Part shown: positions 44,455-55,077 of the stretch, piece by piece
How positions within the stretch are numbered: position 1 is the stretch's first letter
Layout of the letters: each line of letters starts with the position of its first letter
NCBI GenBank assembly: GCA_963748215.1
Contig: CAVVHS010000003.1
Coordinates: 32,001-96,000, forward strand
Direction of reading: 5' to 3'
Source: an uncultured Gammaproteobacteria bacterium
GTDB lineage: Bacteria > Pseudomonadota > Gammaproteobacteria > UBA9214
Length of the DNA stretch: 64,000 bases
The notes under the pieces: generated by a model
The model's input: the letters and a program-made list of their open reading frames with translations, nothing else
Databases searched by the model: none
What the model was told of the DNA's origin: nothing
Program-made: the position numbers and the translations under genes

Positions 44455-45114
44455 ATGAAACGAATCCTGCTCTTCCCGTTTGCCGGCCTGTTGCTGGGCG
44501 CATTTGCCCTGGCGTTGTTGCTGGCGTCGAACCTGTATACTTACCACCGGCTCACGGCAGAGGCGCCGATTGCCGAGTTGCGTTTCAGGCAGATCGGTCC
44601 GCAACGGTACGAGGCCACGATTGCCTACGGCGACTTCTGTCACGAACAGCGCTTCCTGCTGCACGGCGACCAGTGGCGGCTCGATGCCCGGTTTCTCAAG
44701 TGGCGGCCCTGGGCAAACCTGCTCGGCTTCGATGCGATGTACCGGATCGAGCGGCTGGGCGGACGTTACGGCGCGGTGGTCGAAGACAACGCAGGGCACC
44801 ATCTGGCCCACGAGCTGCGTGACGCCGAGCGGATCGACCTGCCCGCCATCCTCGACCGCTACAGCGGGCCGTTTTCGCCGGTCGATACCCTGTATGGCAG
44901 CTCGGTCTATGATGCGATGCACGAGGACCGCCTGTACCGGGTCTATCGCGGGCAGTCCGGCCTGCTGGTCAGGCAGGTGTCGCTGGCGGACGTCGCAATT
45001 CCCGGTCGCGGGATAACGATCGAGATCAACAAGGCCTGCACCGCGGGGCGCGGCATGGTGGACGAGGTGACGGAATACGCAGGTCGCCTCAATCGCAAGT
45101 CCGCAGCCCCCTGA
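44455..45114 (+). CDS. Membrane-anchored conserved hypothetical protein
   Basis: N-terminal TM; NLYTYHRLT, GDQWRLDARFLKW, VDTLYGSSVY; TATAAT at 44439. Confidence 0.75.
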   Translation: MKRILLFPFAGLLLGAFALALLLASNLYTYHRLTAEAPIAELRFRQIGPQRYEATIAYGDFCHEQRFLLHGDQWRLDARFLKWRPWANLLGFDAMYRIERLGGRYGAVVEDNAGHHLAHELRDAERIDLPAILDRYSGPFSPVDTLYGSSVYDAMHEDRLYRVYRGQSGLLVRQVSLADVAIPGRGITIEINKACTAGRGMVDEVTEYAGRLNRKSAAP

Positions 45115-45256
45115 AGCTGCCGGAACCCGCGCCTCCACCACTCGCTCTCGGGAGGCATCGGCATCCCAATTACCTGATAAATATCAATTAATTGAAGAAG
45201 CATCGCGGATCCGCGACGGAACGGTCCGGTGCGGGTTTGGCTGGCGGCGTGGCGGC

Positions 45257-45283
45257 TCAACTTCGGGGCCGGGAATCCGATAA
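45257..45283 (+). promoter_or_regulatory. sigma28 (FliA)-type promoter
   Basis: TCAA-N15-TCCGATAA ~100 bp upstream of ATG 45382. Confidence 0.55.
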
Positions 45284-45381
45284 AAGATGTATGGAAAATC
45301 AAAAGATTATCCTCTCAGCGGCCTGCCGTCGCGGTGCTGCGGGGAGAACTGCGGTTTTGTCAGTGCCGGCGGGTATCGTTC

Positions 45382-48198
45382 ATGCCTGAACAGCAGCTGC
45401 ATCTTGCGGAACAGGATGACGACATCGATGCTGATTCGGTGGCCGGGACCAGTGTCTTCGATACAGAGATCGAGGGGCAGCAACTCGAGCTGATCTATAG
45501 CCAGGCCCCGGTAGCCATCGGGGCTGCCTTCCTGCTTGCGCTGCTGATGGCGGGCAGCCTGTGGCCGGTGGCGAACCACTCGCACTTGCTGTGGTGGCTG
45601 GGTGCCCAGTTTGTACAGAGCCTGTTCCGGGGGGGGCTGGTCTATCGTTACCGGCAGGCGACACAGGCCAGCCGGCAGCACCCTCGCTGGATAATGCTGT
45701 TCTTCGTCGGCACCTTCTTCGCGGGCATTATCTGGGGCTGTATCGGGCTCATCTACAGCTTTACCTGGCCGATCGAATACCAGACCCTGACGCTGATGTG
45801 CATGGCCGGCGTGCTTGCCGGCGCCATCTCGTCCTACGCGGTCAATCTTTCCATCTATGTCGCTTTCATGGTGCCGGCAATCCTGATTCCGGCCCAGTCC
45901 ATGCTGGTCTACAGCAGCAAGTTGCAGAGCAACCTGGGCCTGATGCTCATGCTGTTCGCCGGTGCGTTGCTGATGATTGCGCGGAACTACAATCACAACG
46001 CGGTCAACCTGCTGCAACTACGGCAGGAGAACAGCAACCTGCTGGATGAAATGACGGCAGCGAACAATACCCTTTCCAGGGAGGTCGCGGTGCGCCAGGC
46101 GGCCGAAAAGTCACTGCTTACCGAGCAGCGACTCTTCACCAATGGGCCGGTCGTGGTGTTCCGCTGGTCGGCGGAGGAAGGCTGGCCTATCGAGTACGTC
46201 TCGCGAGCGGTGTTCCAGTTCGGCTACGAGGCGGACGAACTGGTGCAGCATGGCCAGCGGTACACTGATCTCATCCACCCCGGTGACCTGATGCGCGTAC
46301 AGGAGTCCGAGATATTTGCCGGTCGCGATGGTCACGAGGCCGTGACGCTCGATTACCGGATTATCGGGGCCGACGGGGTGGTGCGGTGGGTCTACGATTA
46401 CACCATCCCGGTGCGGAATGACAACGGCACGGTTACCCACTTCTACGGTTACCTGCTGGATATCACCGAAAGAAAATATTCCGAGTTCGAGCAGCAGCAG
46501 GAGAAGGAGCGCGTGCAGGTCACGCTGCATTCCATTGCCGATGCGGTTATTACCACCGATGTCAATGGACAGATTGAATACCTGAATCCGAGTGCCGAGG
46601 TCATGACCGGCTGGGACTGCTCGATAGCACGCGGCCTCTCGGTCGGCCGGGTGTTCCGCCTGTGTGAGGAGAGTGGCCAGGAGTCGGTCTCGGATCCGGT
46701 CAGCCAGTGCCTGCATGGTGGACATCCGGTGAAATCCGAGGGCGATCACCAGCTAATGCGACACGATGGCGAGCAACTTTCGATCCGCTATTCCGTGTCT
46801 CCTATCCTGACAGATCCCGGCACCGCCCTGGGCGCCATACTTGTCTTTCACGATGTCACCAAGGCGCGCCATCTTGAGCATAAGGTGTCCTACCAGGCGA
46901 CTCACGATAGTCTCACCGGGCTATGGAATCGTACTTCGTTCGAGTCGCATCTTGCAGGCGCTATCGAAAGTGCCCGCAACACCAAGGACAGTCATGTGGT
47001 CTGTATCCTCGATATCGATCAGCTCAAGATCATTAACGACACCTGCTCGCACGAGTCGGGTGATGACCTGCTGCAGCGTATCGGGGCACTCCTGCAGGGC
47101 AGTGTGCGCGAATCAGATGTGATCGCCAGAATGGGCGGCGACGAGTTCGGTATGTTGCTGATGAATTGTTCGCTGGTCAGCGCGGCACGCCTAATGGAAG
47201 ACATACTGGTCGCTATCGACGCGCTGCGTTTCGCCAGCAGCGGGCGTATCTTCGAGATCAGCGCGAGCATCGGCATGGCGCAGATCAAGCAGGGCTGCAA
47301 GGGCACTACCGAGATCCTGAGCGAAGTGGACCTGGCCTGCCATGCGGCCAAGGACAGGGGCGGCAACCGTTACCACATATTCCAGTCCGAAGATGCCGAG
47401 CTCATTCGCCGCCAGGACGAGATGAACTGGGTTTCCAAGATCTCCGAGGCCGTCGACGCAGACCGCCTGGAGCTCTACTACCAGCGGATCATGCCGTTGT
47501 CGGCAGATGCCGGTCGGGAACTGCACTTTGAGATCCTGGTCAGGATGCGCAGTGAGTCAGGTGAGCTGATTATGCCCGACAGGTTCCTTCCCGCCGCCGA
47601 GCGTTACCACCTGATCACGAACATCGACCGCTGGGTTGTCACCAACAGTCTCGCATGGTTTGCGAAGCATGTTAACGTGAAAGGCATGCAGCGGCCGGAT
47701 ACCATGTCGATCAACCTGTCGGGTTTTTCGCTGTCTGATGCGAAGTTCCTTGGCCATATCAAGGGTGCCATCCAGACCTATCGGGTCCCGCCGGAGGTGC
47801 TGTGTTTCGAGATCACCGAAACGGCCGCAGTAGCCAACCTGGCCGCGGCGACGAGTTTTATTCGCGAATTGCGGCAACTGGGCTGTCGCTTCTCGCTGGA
47901 TGATTTCGGCAGTGGCCTGAGCTCGTTTTCGTATCTGAAAAACCTGCCGGTTGACTACCTGAAGATCGACGGCGAGTTCGTGCGTGAAATGGATACTGAC
48001 GAAGTGAGTCATGCCATGGTCAGCGCAATACACCAACTCGGCAGCGTCATCGGCATCCGGACCGTCGCGGAGTTCGTCGAGAATGACCGGATTATCGAGA
48101 TGCTGACCGCCATGGGCGTCGACTATGCACAGGGTTATGCTATCGCAAAACCTGCTCCGCTGGCGGAACTGGGGTGTGCCGACGAGCAATCCGCCTGA
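45382..48198 (+). CDS. Membrane-bound PAS-PAS-GGDEF-EAL diguanylate cyclase/phosphodiesterase
   Basis: About six TM helices, two PAS domains, HDSLTGLWNR, GGDEF, EIL, DDFGSG, AQGY. Confidence 0.93.
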   Translation: MPEQQLHLAEQDDDIDADSVAGTSVFDTEIEGQQLELIYSQAPVAIGAAFLLALLMAGSLWPVANHSHLLWWLGAQFVQSLFRGGLVYRYRQATQASRQHPRWIMLFFVGTFFAGIIWGCIGLIYSFTWPIEYQTLTLMCMAGVLAGAISSYAVNLSIYVAFMVPAILIPAQSMLVYSSKLQSNLGLMLMLFAGALLMIARNYNHNAVNLLQLRQENSNLLDEMTAANNTLSREVAVRQAAEKSLLTEQRLFTNGPVVVFRWSAEEGWPIEYVSRAVFQFGYEADELVQHGQRYTDLIHPGDLMRVQESEIFAGRDGHEAVTLDYRIIGADGVVRWVYDYTIPVRNDNGTVTHFYGYLLDITERKYSEFEQQQEKERVQVTLHSIADAVITTDVNGQIEYLNPSAEVMTGWDCSIARGLSVGRVFRLCEESGQESVSDPVSQCLHGGHPVKSEGDHQLMRHDGEQLSIRYSVSPILTDPGTALGAILVFHDVTKARHLEHKVSYQATHDSLTGLWNRTSFESHLAGAIESARNTKDSHVVCILDIDQLKIINDTCSHESGDDLLQRIGALLQGSVRESDVIARMGGDEFGMLLMNCSLVSAARLMEDILVAIDALRFASSGRIFEISASIGMAQIKQGCKGTTEILSEVDLACHAAKDRGGNRYHIFQSEDAELIRRQDEMNWVSKISEAVDADRLELYYQRIMPLSADAGRELHFEILVRMRSESGELIMPDRFLPAAERYHLITNIDRWVVTNSLAWFAKHVNVKGMQRPDTMSINLSGFSLSDAKFLGHIKGAIQTYRVPPEVLCFEITETAAVANLAAATSFIRELRQLGCRFSLDDFGSGLSSFSYLKNLPVDYLKIDGEFVREMDTDEVSHAMVSAIHQLGSVIGIRTVAEFVENDRIIEMLTAMGVDYAQGYAIAKPAPLAELGCADEQSA

Positions 48199-48224
48199 TT
48201 TCCCCCGCCAGTTCCCGCCACTCG

Positions 48225-48587
48225 CTACAGTCCCGCATATTGCAACAGGCCAAGCGCGATCAGTCCAGGCAGCGCCTGGATCCACAGGATCGAGCGGTTT
48301 GCGGTAATGCCGCCGAACACGCCGGCAACGACCACGCAAACCAGCAAAAACACGATCATGCTACCGCGTTGTGCGGGGGCGTACAGTCCCCACAAAAGGC
48401 CCGCTGCCAGGAAACCGTTGTAGAGTCCCTGGTTGGCGGCAAGTACAGCGGTTTGCTGTGCCTGCTCGCGTGTGAGACCGAAGATGCGCCTGCCGAGAGG
48501 TGTGTTCCAGAGCAGCATTTCCAGGACCATGAACAGAACGTGTAATACGGCGACCAGCGCGATCGAGAGTTTGACCAGGATGCTCAT
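48225..48587 (-). CDS. DUF1304 family membrane protein
   Basis: LEMLLW, ANQGLYNGFLAAGL, IQALP. Confidence 0.85.
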   Translation of the reverse strand: MSILVKLSIALVAVLHVLFMVLEMLLWNTPLGRRIFGLTREQAQQTAVLAANQGLYNGFLAAGLLWGLYAPAQRGSMIVFLLVCVVVAGVFGGITANRSILWIQALPGLIALGLLQYAGL

Positions 48588-48604
48588 TTCACGATCCTGG
48601 CAAT

Positions 48605-49624
48605 TCAGACCGTCAGCGCCGGCTCGGACATGAGTCCGGCCTGCTCGCGCAGCGCCAGGACGTGTTCTTCCCAGTAACGCGATGTATTGAACCACGGGAA
48701 TGCCAGCGGGAATGCCGGATCATGCCAGCGCCGCGCCAGCCAGGCCGCGTAATGGATGATACGCAAGGTGCGCAGCGGTTCGATCAACTGTAACTCACGC
48801 GTATCGAAGTCGCGAAACTGTTCATAGCCTTCGAGCATATCGATGAGCTGGCCTTGCATCTCGTGCCGCTCGCCGGACAGCAGCATCCACAGGTCCTGTA
48901 TGGCCGGCCCGGTCCTGCAGTCATCGAGATCGACAAAGTGCGGGCCGTTATGCGCCCACAGTATGTTGCCCGGGTGGCAGTCGCCATGCAGCCTGATTTC
49001 CATGACTTTGCCGCTGCGTTGCAGAATGGCCGTGACCTGCTGCAGCAGGTCTTCCGTGAGTGTGCGGTAGGCAAGTTCGATGTGTTCGGGCAGAAAATCG
49101 TGCTCGAGCAGAAAGCGGCACGAGTCATGACCGAAACTCTCGACGTCCAGGCGCGGCCGGTGCTCGAACGGCCGCGTCGCGCCGACTGCATGCAGACGCG
49201 CGATCAGGCGGCCTATCCATTCCCGTTCAGCCTGGCTGTTCAGTTCCGGCCAGTGCCCGCCCTGGCGCGGGTAGAGCGCGAAGCGGAAACCCGCTGCCTC
49301 GAGCAGCGAATTGCCTGCGACCTGCAGCGGGGCGATGACGGGAATTTCCTCGTCAGCCAGTTCCTGCGAGAAACGGTGCTCTTCAAGGATTGACGCGTTC
49401 GTCCAGCGCCCCGGCCGGTAGAACTTGGCAATCAGGGGTACGTTGTCCTCGATGCCAACCTGGTAAACACGGTTTTCATAGCTGTTGAGTGCCAGCAGCC
49501 TGCCATCGCTGCGAAAGCCGCATTGTTCCACGGCATTCAGGATGACATCCGGCGTCAGTCCCGCGTAATCTGCAGATTCAGATACGGTGGGCTGGTTCCC
49601 GATGAAGCGGTTGCCGGATGACAT
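48605..49624 (-). CDS. srkA: Stress response Ser/Thr kinase (YihE/RdoA)
   Basis: LNSYENRVY, KFYRPGRW, HGDCHPGN, DLDD, PAFPLAFPWF. Confidence 0.93.
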   Translation of the reverse strand: MSSGNRFIGNQPTVSESADYAGLTPDVILNAVEQCGFRSDGRLLALNSYENRVYQVGIEDNVPLIAKFYRPGRWTNASILEEHRFSQELADEEIPVIAPLQVAGNSLLEAAGFRFALYPRQGGHWPELNSQAEREWIGRLIARLHAVGATRPFEHRPRLDVESFGHDSCRFLLEHDFLPEHIELAYRTLTEDLLQQVTAILQRSGKVMEIRLHGDCHPGNILWAHNGPHFVDLDDCRTGPAIQDLWMLLSGERHEMQGQLIDMLEGYEQFRDFDTRELQLIEPLRTLRIIHYAAWLARRWHDPAFPLAFPWFNTSRYWEEHVLALREQAGLMSEPALTV

Positions 49625-49826
49625 GATTCAGCTAGCCTGTATTTCCCGCCAGGATGATCCCTGCCGCATGACGAGATGTTGAATTCCGGTTTTGTATCCC
49701 TTCCATCATTTGAATCCCTCAGGTCACAGACCCGCTGCCGGATCAGAAACGCAGGTCAAGCATGGCGACATGCAACCGCCGGGTCAATGATGCGATGTGC
49801 CTGCGCGGGATATCGCCCGTGCCGGA

Positions 49827-50606
49827 TTACCGCATGCCCCTGTTTTCCTTGATCTGTTCGTAAGCCTCCTTGATCTGCTGCGTCTTCTCCGTGGCGATTC
49901 GTATCATCTCCTCGGGCAGGCCCTTGGCTATCAGTTTGTCGGGGTGGTGCTGGTTCATGAGGCGACGGTAGGCCTTTTTCACCTCGGCGTCGGATGCCGT
50001 ACGCTGCACGCCCAGCACCTCGTAGGCCTGACTCACGGGCTGCGCCCGGGGCGCGCCGGGTCGGGCGCCATGCTCCATCCTGAACAGGTGTTCGATATCC
50101 TCCCGGCTGAAGCCGAGTTGCGCGCCGATGGAGTGGAGTATCCGCTGTTCGGCGGCGTGGATGTTGCCGTCGGCCATGGCCGTTGCGATCTGGATCTCCA
50201 TGAACATCTGCAACAGGCTGTGGCGACGATGACATTCCTGCAGGAACTGGTTAAGCACGTCCCCGAGCGGGAAGCCGGATTTTTTCCCTTCGTTGAAGAG
50301 CTGTATCGCGGCCTTTTTCTGTGCGGGGCGAAGCTGCATGCGTGCCATGAGCGACTCGCTGGCGGAGATCTCGTCGGGTGTTACCCTGCCATCGGCCTTG
50401 GCGATATGACCCATCACCGAGAAGGTGGCGGCAAAGAAGGCCGCCTGCACGCGCTCCTGTTGTCCGGGATCAAAGCCGGCGTGCCGATCCGTCTGGGTGA
50501 TGCCGCGATCGAAGTTCCTGCCAAGTGCCGCGCCCAGCAGCGCGCCCAGCGGGCCGCCGAACATGTAGCCCAGTGTGCCTCCCAGCAGTGTGCCCCACCA
50601 GGCCAT
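49827..50606 (-). CDS. djlA: Co-chaperone DjlA
   Basis: N-terminal Gly-rich TM, MGHIAKADGRV (TerB-like), C-terminal J domain HHPDKL. Confidence 0.95.
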   Translation of the reverse strand: MAWWGTLLGGTLGYMFGGPLGALLGAALGRNFDRGITQTDRHAGFDPGQQERVQAAFFAATFSVMGHIAKADGRVTPDEISASESLMARMQLRPAQKKAAIQLFNEGKKSGFPLGDVLNQFLQECHRRHSLLQMFMEIQIATAMADGNIHAAEQRILHSIGAQLGFSREDIEHLFRMEHGARPGAPRAQPVSQAYEVLGVQRTASDAEVKKAYRRLMNQHHPDKLIAKGLPEEMIRIATEKTQQIKEAYEQIKENRGMR

Positions 50607-50665
50607 CAGGACGGTGACCGCAGGCGGAGGGTCGGGGTTGCAGGCATCATGCAGGCCTGGTCCGG

Positions 50666-51067
50666 TTACCTGAAGACGGGGAGCGGGGTGGTGATATACC
50701 AGGACTTGGTGTCATCATCGTATTCCCAGACCTGGTTGTCCGTCAGGGTGTGCAGCGTCACCCCGTCATCGTGGTAGAAAACGATCCTGACCACGACCTT
50801 GACCCCGGCGTCGTCATCCAGGCTGCCTGTGCTGAGCGTATCGTATGACGTGATCCTGATATGCTCCAGGTGCTCCGTCGACTGCACCGGCTGCTGTCCT
50901 TCCGGCAGGCGGCGCATGCTGTCGGCAAGTCCGAATTCGCCCCAGCGTATCGCCTTGCTGTACCTGAACATGGCGGTTTCGAAGGTTGAGGCCTTTTTCT
51001 TGCTGTCGAACGTGGTGCATGCGCTCAGCGTCAGGATGGTCATGGTTAGCAGTAGTAAGGTGCGCAT
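50666..51067 (-). CDS. Hypothetical lipoprotein
   Basis: Lipobox LSAC; YSKAIRW; QVWEYD...WY..PLP. Confidence 0.8.
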   Translation of the reverse strand: MRTLLLLTMTILTLSACTTFDSKKKASTFETAMFRYSKAIRWGEFGLADSMRRLPEGQQPVQSTEHLEHIRITSYDTLSTGSLDDDAGVKVVVRIVFYHDDGVTLHTLTDNQVWEYDDDTKSWYITTPLPVFR

Positions 51068-51214
51068 GGCGGCTTCCGCAAGCGGTGTCTGGTGTGGATC
51101 AGGGGGCATTATAACTGACCGCTTGCGGGCGTGGGTCATGCGCCGCAGCAGTGTTCGTACCCGCCGGCGGGGTTGACTGGCAGCCTGCGTTGACGGGTTG
51201 CTGCGTCTGGCGGG

Positions 51215-52633
51215 TTACTTTTTGCTGCCTGTCGCCGGCTTCAGGCGTGCCAGCAGGTTGTCGACACGGCTCATGAGTTGTTCGCGCGCCTTGCGTTCCG
51301 CCACATAGGCGGTCTCCATTTGCCGGGCCTTGGTCGCGTAGTTATCAAGCTCGCCGCGCAGAACGCCCAGTTCACGCTGCAACTTTTCGATCAGTTGCGA
51401 GTTGTCCGGCGTTGCTGGTGTTGCTGTCGGTGTACTCTGGCTGGCGGCCGGTTTGACCGGCTCCGCGGACTTGCTTTTGGCTGGAGGCTGTGCGGGAGCC
51501 GCAGCTGCCGGAGCGACTGTTGCCACGGCGGGTTTTTCCGGCACCTTCGCCTTGCTTGCCGCATCCATAACCTTGTCGGAGACGCCCTGGTTCAGGCCGC
51601 CTTCCAGTACCGAGACATTGAAACCGCGCTTGCCGAGCAGAAACGCGGCAGCAGCGCTTCTGCGTCCGGTGTCGCAATAGATGATATATTTTTTACTCTT
51701 TTCCAGCCTGTTATAGCTGTTTCGAATCGATGCCAGCGGGATATTCATGCTGTTCGCCAACGCGTTGTTCTCGTATTCCTCGGGCAGGCGCACGTCCAGC
51801 CAGATGTCCCCGCTTTTGATGGTCGAGAGCGCCATGTCGTAATTCACGTATTGCACCAGCTGTTTCTTGAGGATGTCCAGGAAATAGTGCTTGGACAGCC
51901 GCATCAGCCAGCCATCGCTGAGCATGGTTACCGTGGCATTGCGCCGGGCGTCGGATACCAGTGCATCCTCGCCGAAAGAGTCGCCGGTCTTCAGTTCGGC
52001 CAGCGGCACGTCCCAACCCTTGCCCGAGGCCAGGCGTGTGACAGAGCAGCTGCCTTCGCGGATGATATAGAAATAGTCGCCTTCGTCACCCTGGCGGATC
52101 ACCTTGTCTCCGGCGTTGTAGGTGACCGGTTCCAGCGCCTGGATGAGACGCTGGATTGACGAAGGAGGCAGGCGCGAGAAGACGTCCGACTGCAGCATGC
52201 GCGACATCCAGTCCTCCTCGTTGCCGGTTCCGAGTTTGATTGCACCCGTCTCGGTGGACTGGTCGAGGGTCAGCATAACATCCAGCAGGGTGGAATCGAT
52301 CGAGGCGATGACCGATTTGGTCGCGGCGCGTGCCGTAATGATGCGTGGCTGGCGATTGGCCAGCGGGTAACGTGCCGGATCGGTACCCGCGCTCACCACG
52401 CCGGTGACCTTGCCGCTCTTGTCGATGAAATTGACGACACCGTCCAGCAGGTAGATCGAACGATTGTCGGTGTCGCCCTCGCCGAAAAGGTAGCTGCCGG
52501 CATTCACGTCCATGATCGACAGGCTGGATGCGATTTCCTGAAAGCGGCCATCGGTCAGCGCGTTGAGTGGTATCAGGTCATGCAGGATTTCCTTGCCGCT
52601 GATTTTTCTGTCTTTCCGGTTCGGTGTAGCCAT
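51215..52633 (-). CDS. Tandem cyclic-nucleotide-binding domains plus rhodanese plus coiled-coil tail
   Basis: Degenerate CNB1; CNB2 with FGEDALVSDARRNATV; WLDVR, YCDTGRRS, LEGG; Ala/Pro linker; heptad tail. Confidence 0.88.
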   Translation of the reverse strand: MATPNRKDRKISGKEILHDLIPLNALTDGRFQEIASSLSIMDVNAGSYLFGEGDTDNRSIYLLDGVVNFIDKSGKVTGVVSAGTDPARYPLANRQPRIITARAATKSVIASIDSTLLDVMLTLDQSTETGAIKLGTGNEEDWMSRMLQSDVFSRLPPSSIQRLIQALEPVTYNAGDKVIRQGDEGDYFYIIREGSCSVTRLASGKGWDVPLAELKTGDSFGEDALVSDARRNATVTMLSDGWLMRLSKHYFLDILKKQLVQYVNYDMALSTIKSGDIWLDVRLPEEYENNALANSMNIPLASIRNSYNRLEKSKKYIIYCDTGRRSAAAAFLLGKRGFNVSVLEGGLNQGVSDKVMDAASKAKVPEKPAVATVAPAAAAPAQPPAKSKSAEPVKPAASQSTPTATPATPDNSQLIEKLQRELGVLRGELDNYATKARQMETAYVAERKAREQLMSRVDNLLARLKPATGSKK

Positions 52634-52683
52634 GATTCTGCCCGCTGGTGTTGGTCGAATAACAGCTGTTTGCTGCACCGACT

Positions 52684-52710
52684 TTATCGGCATGGCTTTC
52701 AATATATGGA
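52684..52710 (-). promoter_or_regulatory. sigma28 (FliA)-type promoter with weak -35
   Basis: Minus strand TCCA-N15-GCCGATAA; perfect -10 element, 50 bp upstream of ATG 52633. Confidence 0.5.
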
Positions 52711-52774
52711 GCGTGACATATGCGCCTGCCCCGGTTTTCTGTAAATATATGAACTACTTCAAATTAATGGTTGA

Positions 52775-53230
52775 TCAGCCACCGTGCTGCCGGACCTTGA
52801 GGATGACCCCGTCGGCGCCGGTCACAACGACATGGGTGCCGGCCGGCAGGTCATCACCGGTGATGCGCCAGGTGGAGTCGTCGACGCGCAGCACCCCGAC
52901 CCGGTTGCTGATCGGTTCCTGCAGCGTGAAGGTGCGACCGATGTACTGTTCGCCGCGCCGGTTGAGCGCCGGCTGGTCGGTGAACGCCGGGTTGTCGCGC
53001 TGATAGCGGCGGAACAGCGCGATGCTGATGATGGACAGGCCGGAGAAGATGATGACCTGGTACTGCCAGCCCAGCTCCGGGACCAGCAACATGACAAGAC
53101 CGACGGCCGCCGCGGCGACCGCGAGCCAGAGAAAGTAGAAGCTCGGCGCCATGACCTCGATCAGCAGCAGGATGCCGGCCAGAATCCACCAATGCCAGTA
53201 ATCGACCCGGGTTAGCCATTCCTCGATCAT
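52775..53230 (-). CDS. NfeD family protein (YbbJ-like)
   Basis: Three TM helices, [19 protein letters not shown]-fold; coupled to the SPFH gene. Confidence 0.9.
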   Translation of the reverse strand: MIEEWLTRVDYWHWWILAGILLLIEVMAPSFYFLWLAVAAAAVGLVMLLVPELGWQYQVIIFSGLSIISIALFRRYQRDNPAFTDQPALNRRGEQYIGRTFTLQEPISNRVGVLRVDDSTWRITGDDLPAGTHVVVTGADGVILKVRQHGG

Positions 53231-54153
53231 GCCTCGGCCTCTTTCCGGAATGCCGTCTTTGCCACTTCGGCGATGCCGGCGAGCGAACCGATCACGCTGG
53301 CGGCCTCCAGCGGCATCAGTACCAGTTTCTGGTTGGGCGCCGCACCGATGTCTTTCAGCGCACTGACATAGTTCTGGGCGATGAAGTAGTTGATGGCGTT
53401 GATGTCGCCCCTGGCGATGGCCTCGGACACCATGGTCGTGGCCTTGGCCTCGGCCTCCGCTCCACGTTCACGCGCCTCGGCATCCCGGAAGGCGGCCTCG
53501 CGGCGACCCTCTGCGTCCAGCACGACGGCCCGCTTTTCACCCTCGGCGCGCAGGATCTCCGACTGGCGCTGGCCCTCCGCCTCGAGAATGACGGCGCGCT
53601 TTTCGCGTTCGGCCTTCATCTGGCGTGCCATGGCATCGATCAGGTCCTGGGGTGGCTGGATATCCTTGATCTCGATGCGGGTGACCTTGATGCCCCAGGG
53701 CGTGGTCGCGGCGTCGACCACGGTCAGCAACCGGGCATTGATGTTGTCACGCTGCGAGAGCAGCTCATCGAGGTCCATGCTGCCCATCACGGTACGGATA
53801 TTGGTCATGGTGAGATTCATGATGGCACGATCCAGTCCGTTGACCTCATAGGCCGCCTTGGCAGCATCCAGGATCTGGAAAAACACCACACCATCGGCCC
53901 GAATCATTGCGTTGTCGCGCGTAATGACTTCCTGGCTGTTGATGTCGAAGACGCTCTCCATCATATTGAGCTTGTGACCGATACGGTCAACGTAGGGAAC
54001 GATCAGGTTCAGTCCCGGGCGCAGTGTCTTGCGGTAGCGGCCGAAGCGCTCAACGGTCCATTCATAACCCTGGGGCACGGTCTTGATGCCCATCATGACC
54101 GTGACCACGGCCAGTACCAGGATAATTAGCGTAAAGGTCGAAAAGCCGTCCAT
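53227..54153 (-). CDS. qmcA: SPFH/band-7 stomatin-like protein
   Basis: [39 protein letters not shown]. Confidence 0.92.
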   Translation of the reverse strand: MDGFSTFTLIILVLAVVTVMMGIKTVPQGYEWTVERFGRYRKTLRPGLNLIVPYVDRIGHKLNMMESVFDINSQEVITRDNAMIRADGVVFFQILDAAKAAYEVNGLDRAIMNLTMTNIRTVMGSMDLDELLSQRDNINARLLTVVDAATTPWGIKVTRIEIKDIQPPQDLIDAMARQMKAEREKRAVILEAEGQRQSEILRAEGEKRAVVLDAEGRREAAFRDAEARERGAEAEAKATTMVSEAIARGDINAINYFIAQNYVSALKDIGAAPNQKLVLMPLEAASVIGSLAGIAEVAKTAFRKEAEA

Positions 54154-54226
54154 ACCCCTTCTCCGTCTTTGTTGGTCTGCACTGAGCGGTGATTGTAAAA
54201 CAGTGGCGGTAGTGCTGTCCCGCGCA

Positions 54227-54982
54227 TCAGTCCCGTGACTCCGGGATTATCTGCCCGAGATAGGCAGGTCCCAGGAGCTGCATCTGCTGCAGGATATGGT
54301 CACGCCGCTCGAGTACATAAGCCGACGGCCGGTCGACATGCAGGCGGCGCGGGTTCGGCAGCACGGCAGCGACCAGCGCCGCCTGCTCCGGAGTCAGCGT
54401 GCCGGCGGAACGGCCGAAGTAGCGCCGTGCCGCTGCCTCGATGCCGAAGGTCCGCTCGCCGGTCTCGGCGATGTTCAGGTAGACCTCGAGAATGCGCTGC
54501 TTGGGCCAGAACACCTCCAGCAGCATGGCCATCCAGGCCTCCAGCCCCTTGCGCAGGTAGCTGCGTCCCTGCCACAGGAACAGGTTGCGCGCCACCTGCT
54601 GGGTCAGCGTACTGGCACCGCGCAGGCGCTGTCCGCTCGCATTGTGCGTCACCGCCTGCCGGATCGCCTGCAGGTCGAAGCCGAAATGGTCGGGAAATTT
54701 CTGGTCTTCGGCCGCCACCACGGCGAGCGCGGCATGGGCGGAGATGCGGTCGATGCCGACCCAGTGCCAGGTCTGTGGCTGTCCCTCCGTGAGCGTGCGC
54801 TGCAGCATGACCGCGGAGGTCGGCGGCGGCAGCCAGCGCAGTGCGATGACCGGTACGATGCTGAGCAGCAGCAGGCCGGCAACCGCGAGCAGCAGGAAAT
54901 GCCCCAGGCGCCCCAGGTGATTTGTGCGCCGCGCGCGACGGCGCCGCTTTTTCGTGCCATTTTTCCGTGCAGGTGCGCGCAT
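54227..54982 (-). CDS. mtgA: Monofunctional peptidoglycan transglycosylase
   Basis: [34 protein letters not shown]. Confidence 0.95.
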   Translation of the reverse strand: MRAPARKNGTKKRRRRARRTNHLGRLGHFLLLAVAGLLLLSIVPVIALRWLPPPTSAVMLQRTLTEGQPQTWHWVGIDRISAHAALAVVAAEDQKFPDHFGFDLQAIRQAVTHNASGQRLRGASTLTQQVARNLFLWQGRSYLRKGLEAWMAMLLEVFWPKQRILEVYLNIAETGERTFGIEAAARRYFGRSAGTLTPEQAALVAAVLPNPRRLHVDRPSAYVLERRDHILQQMQLLGPAYLGQIIPESRD

Positions 54983-55077
54983 ACTAGGTGAAGGCCGGTT
55001 TTTCCGGTATTGTTTCATGCGTGCCGGGAATTCGCATGCAGCGATATGCGTCAATCGCAGACATCCAGGGTAATCTC

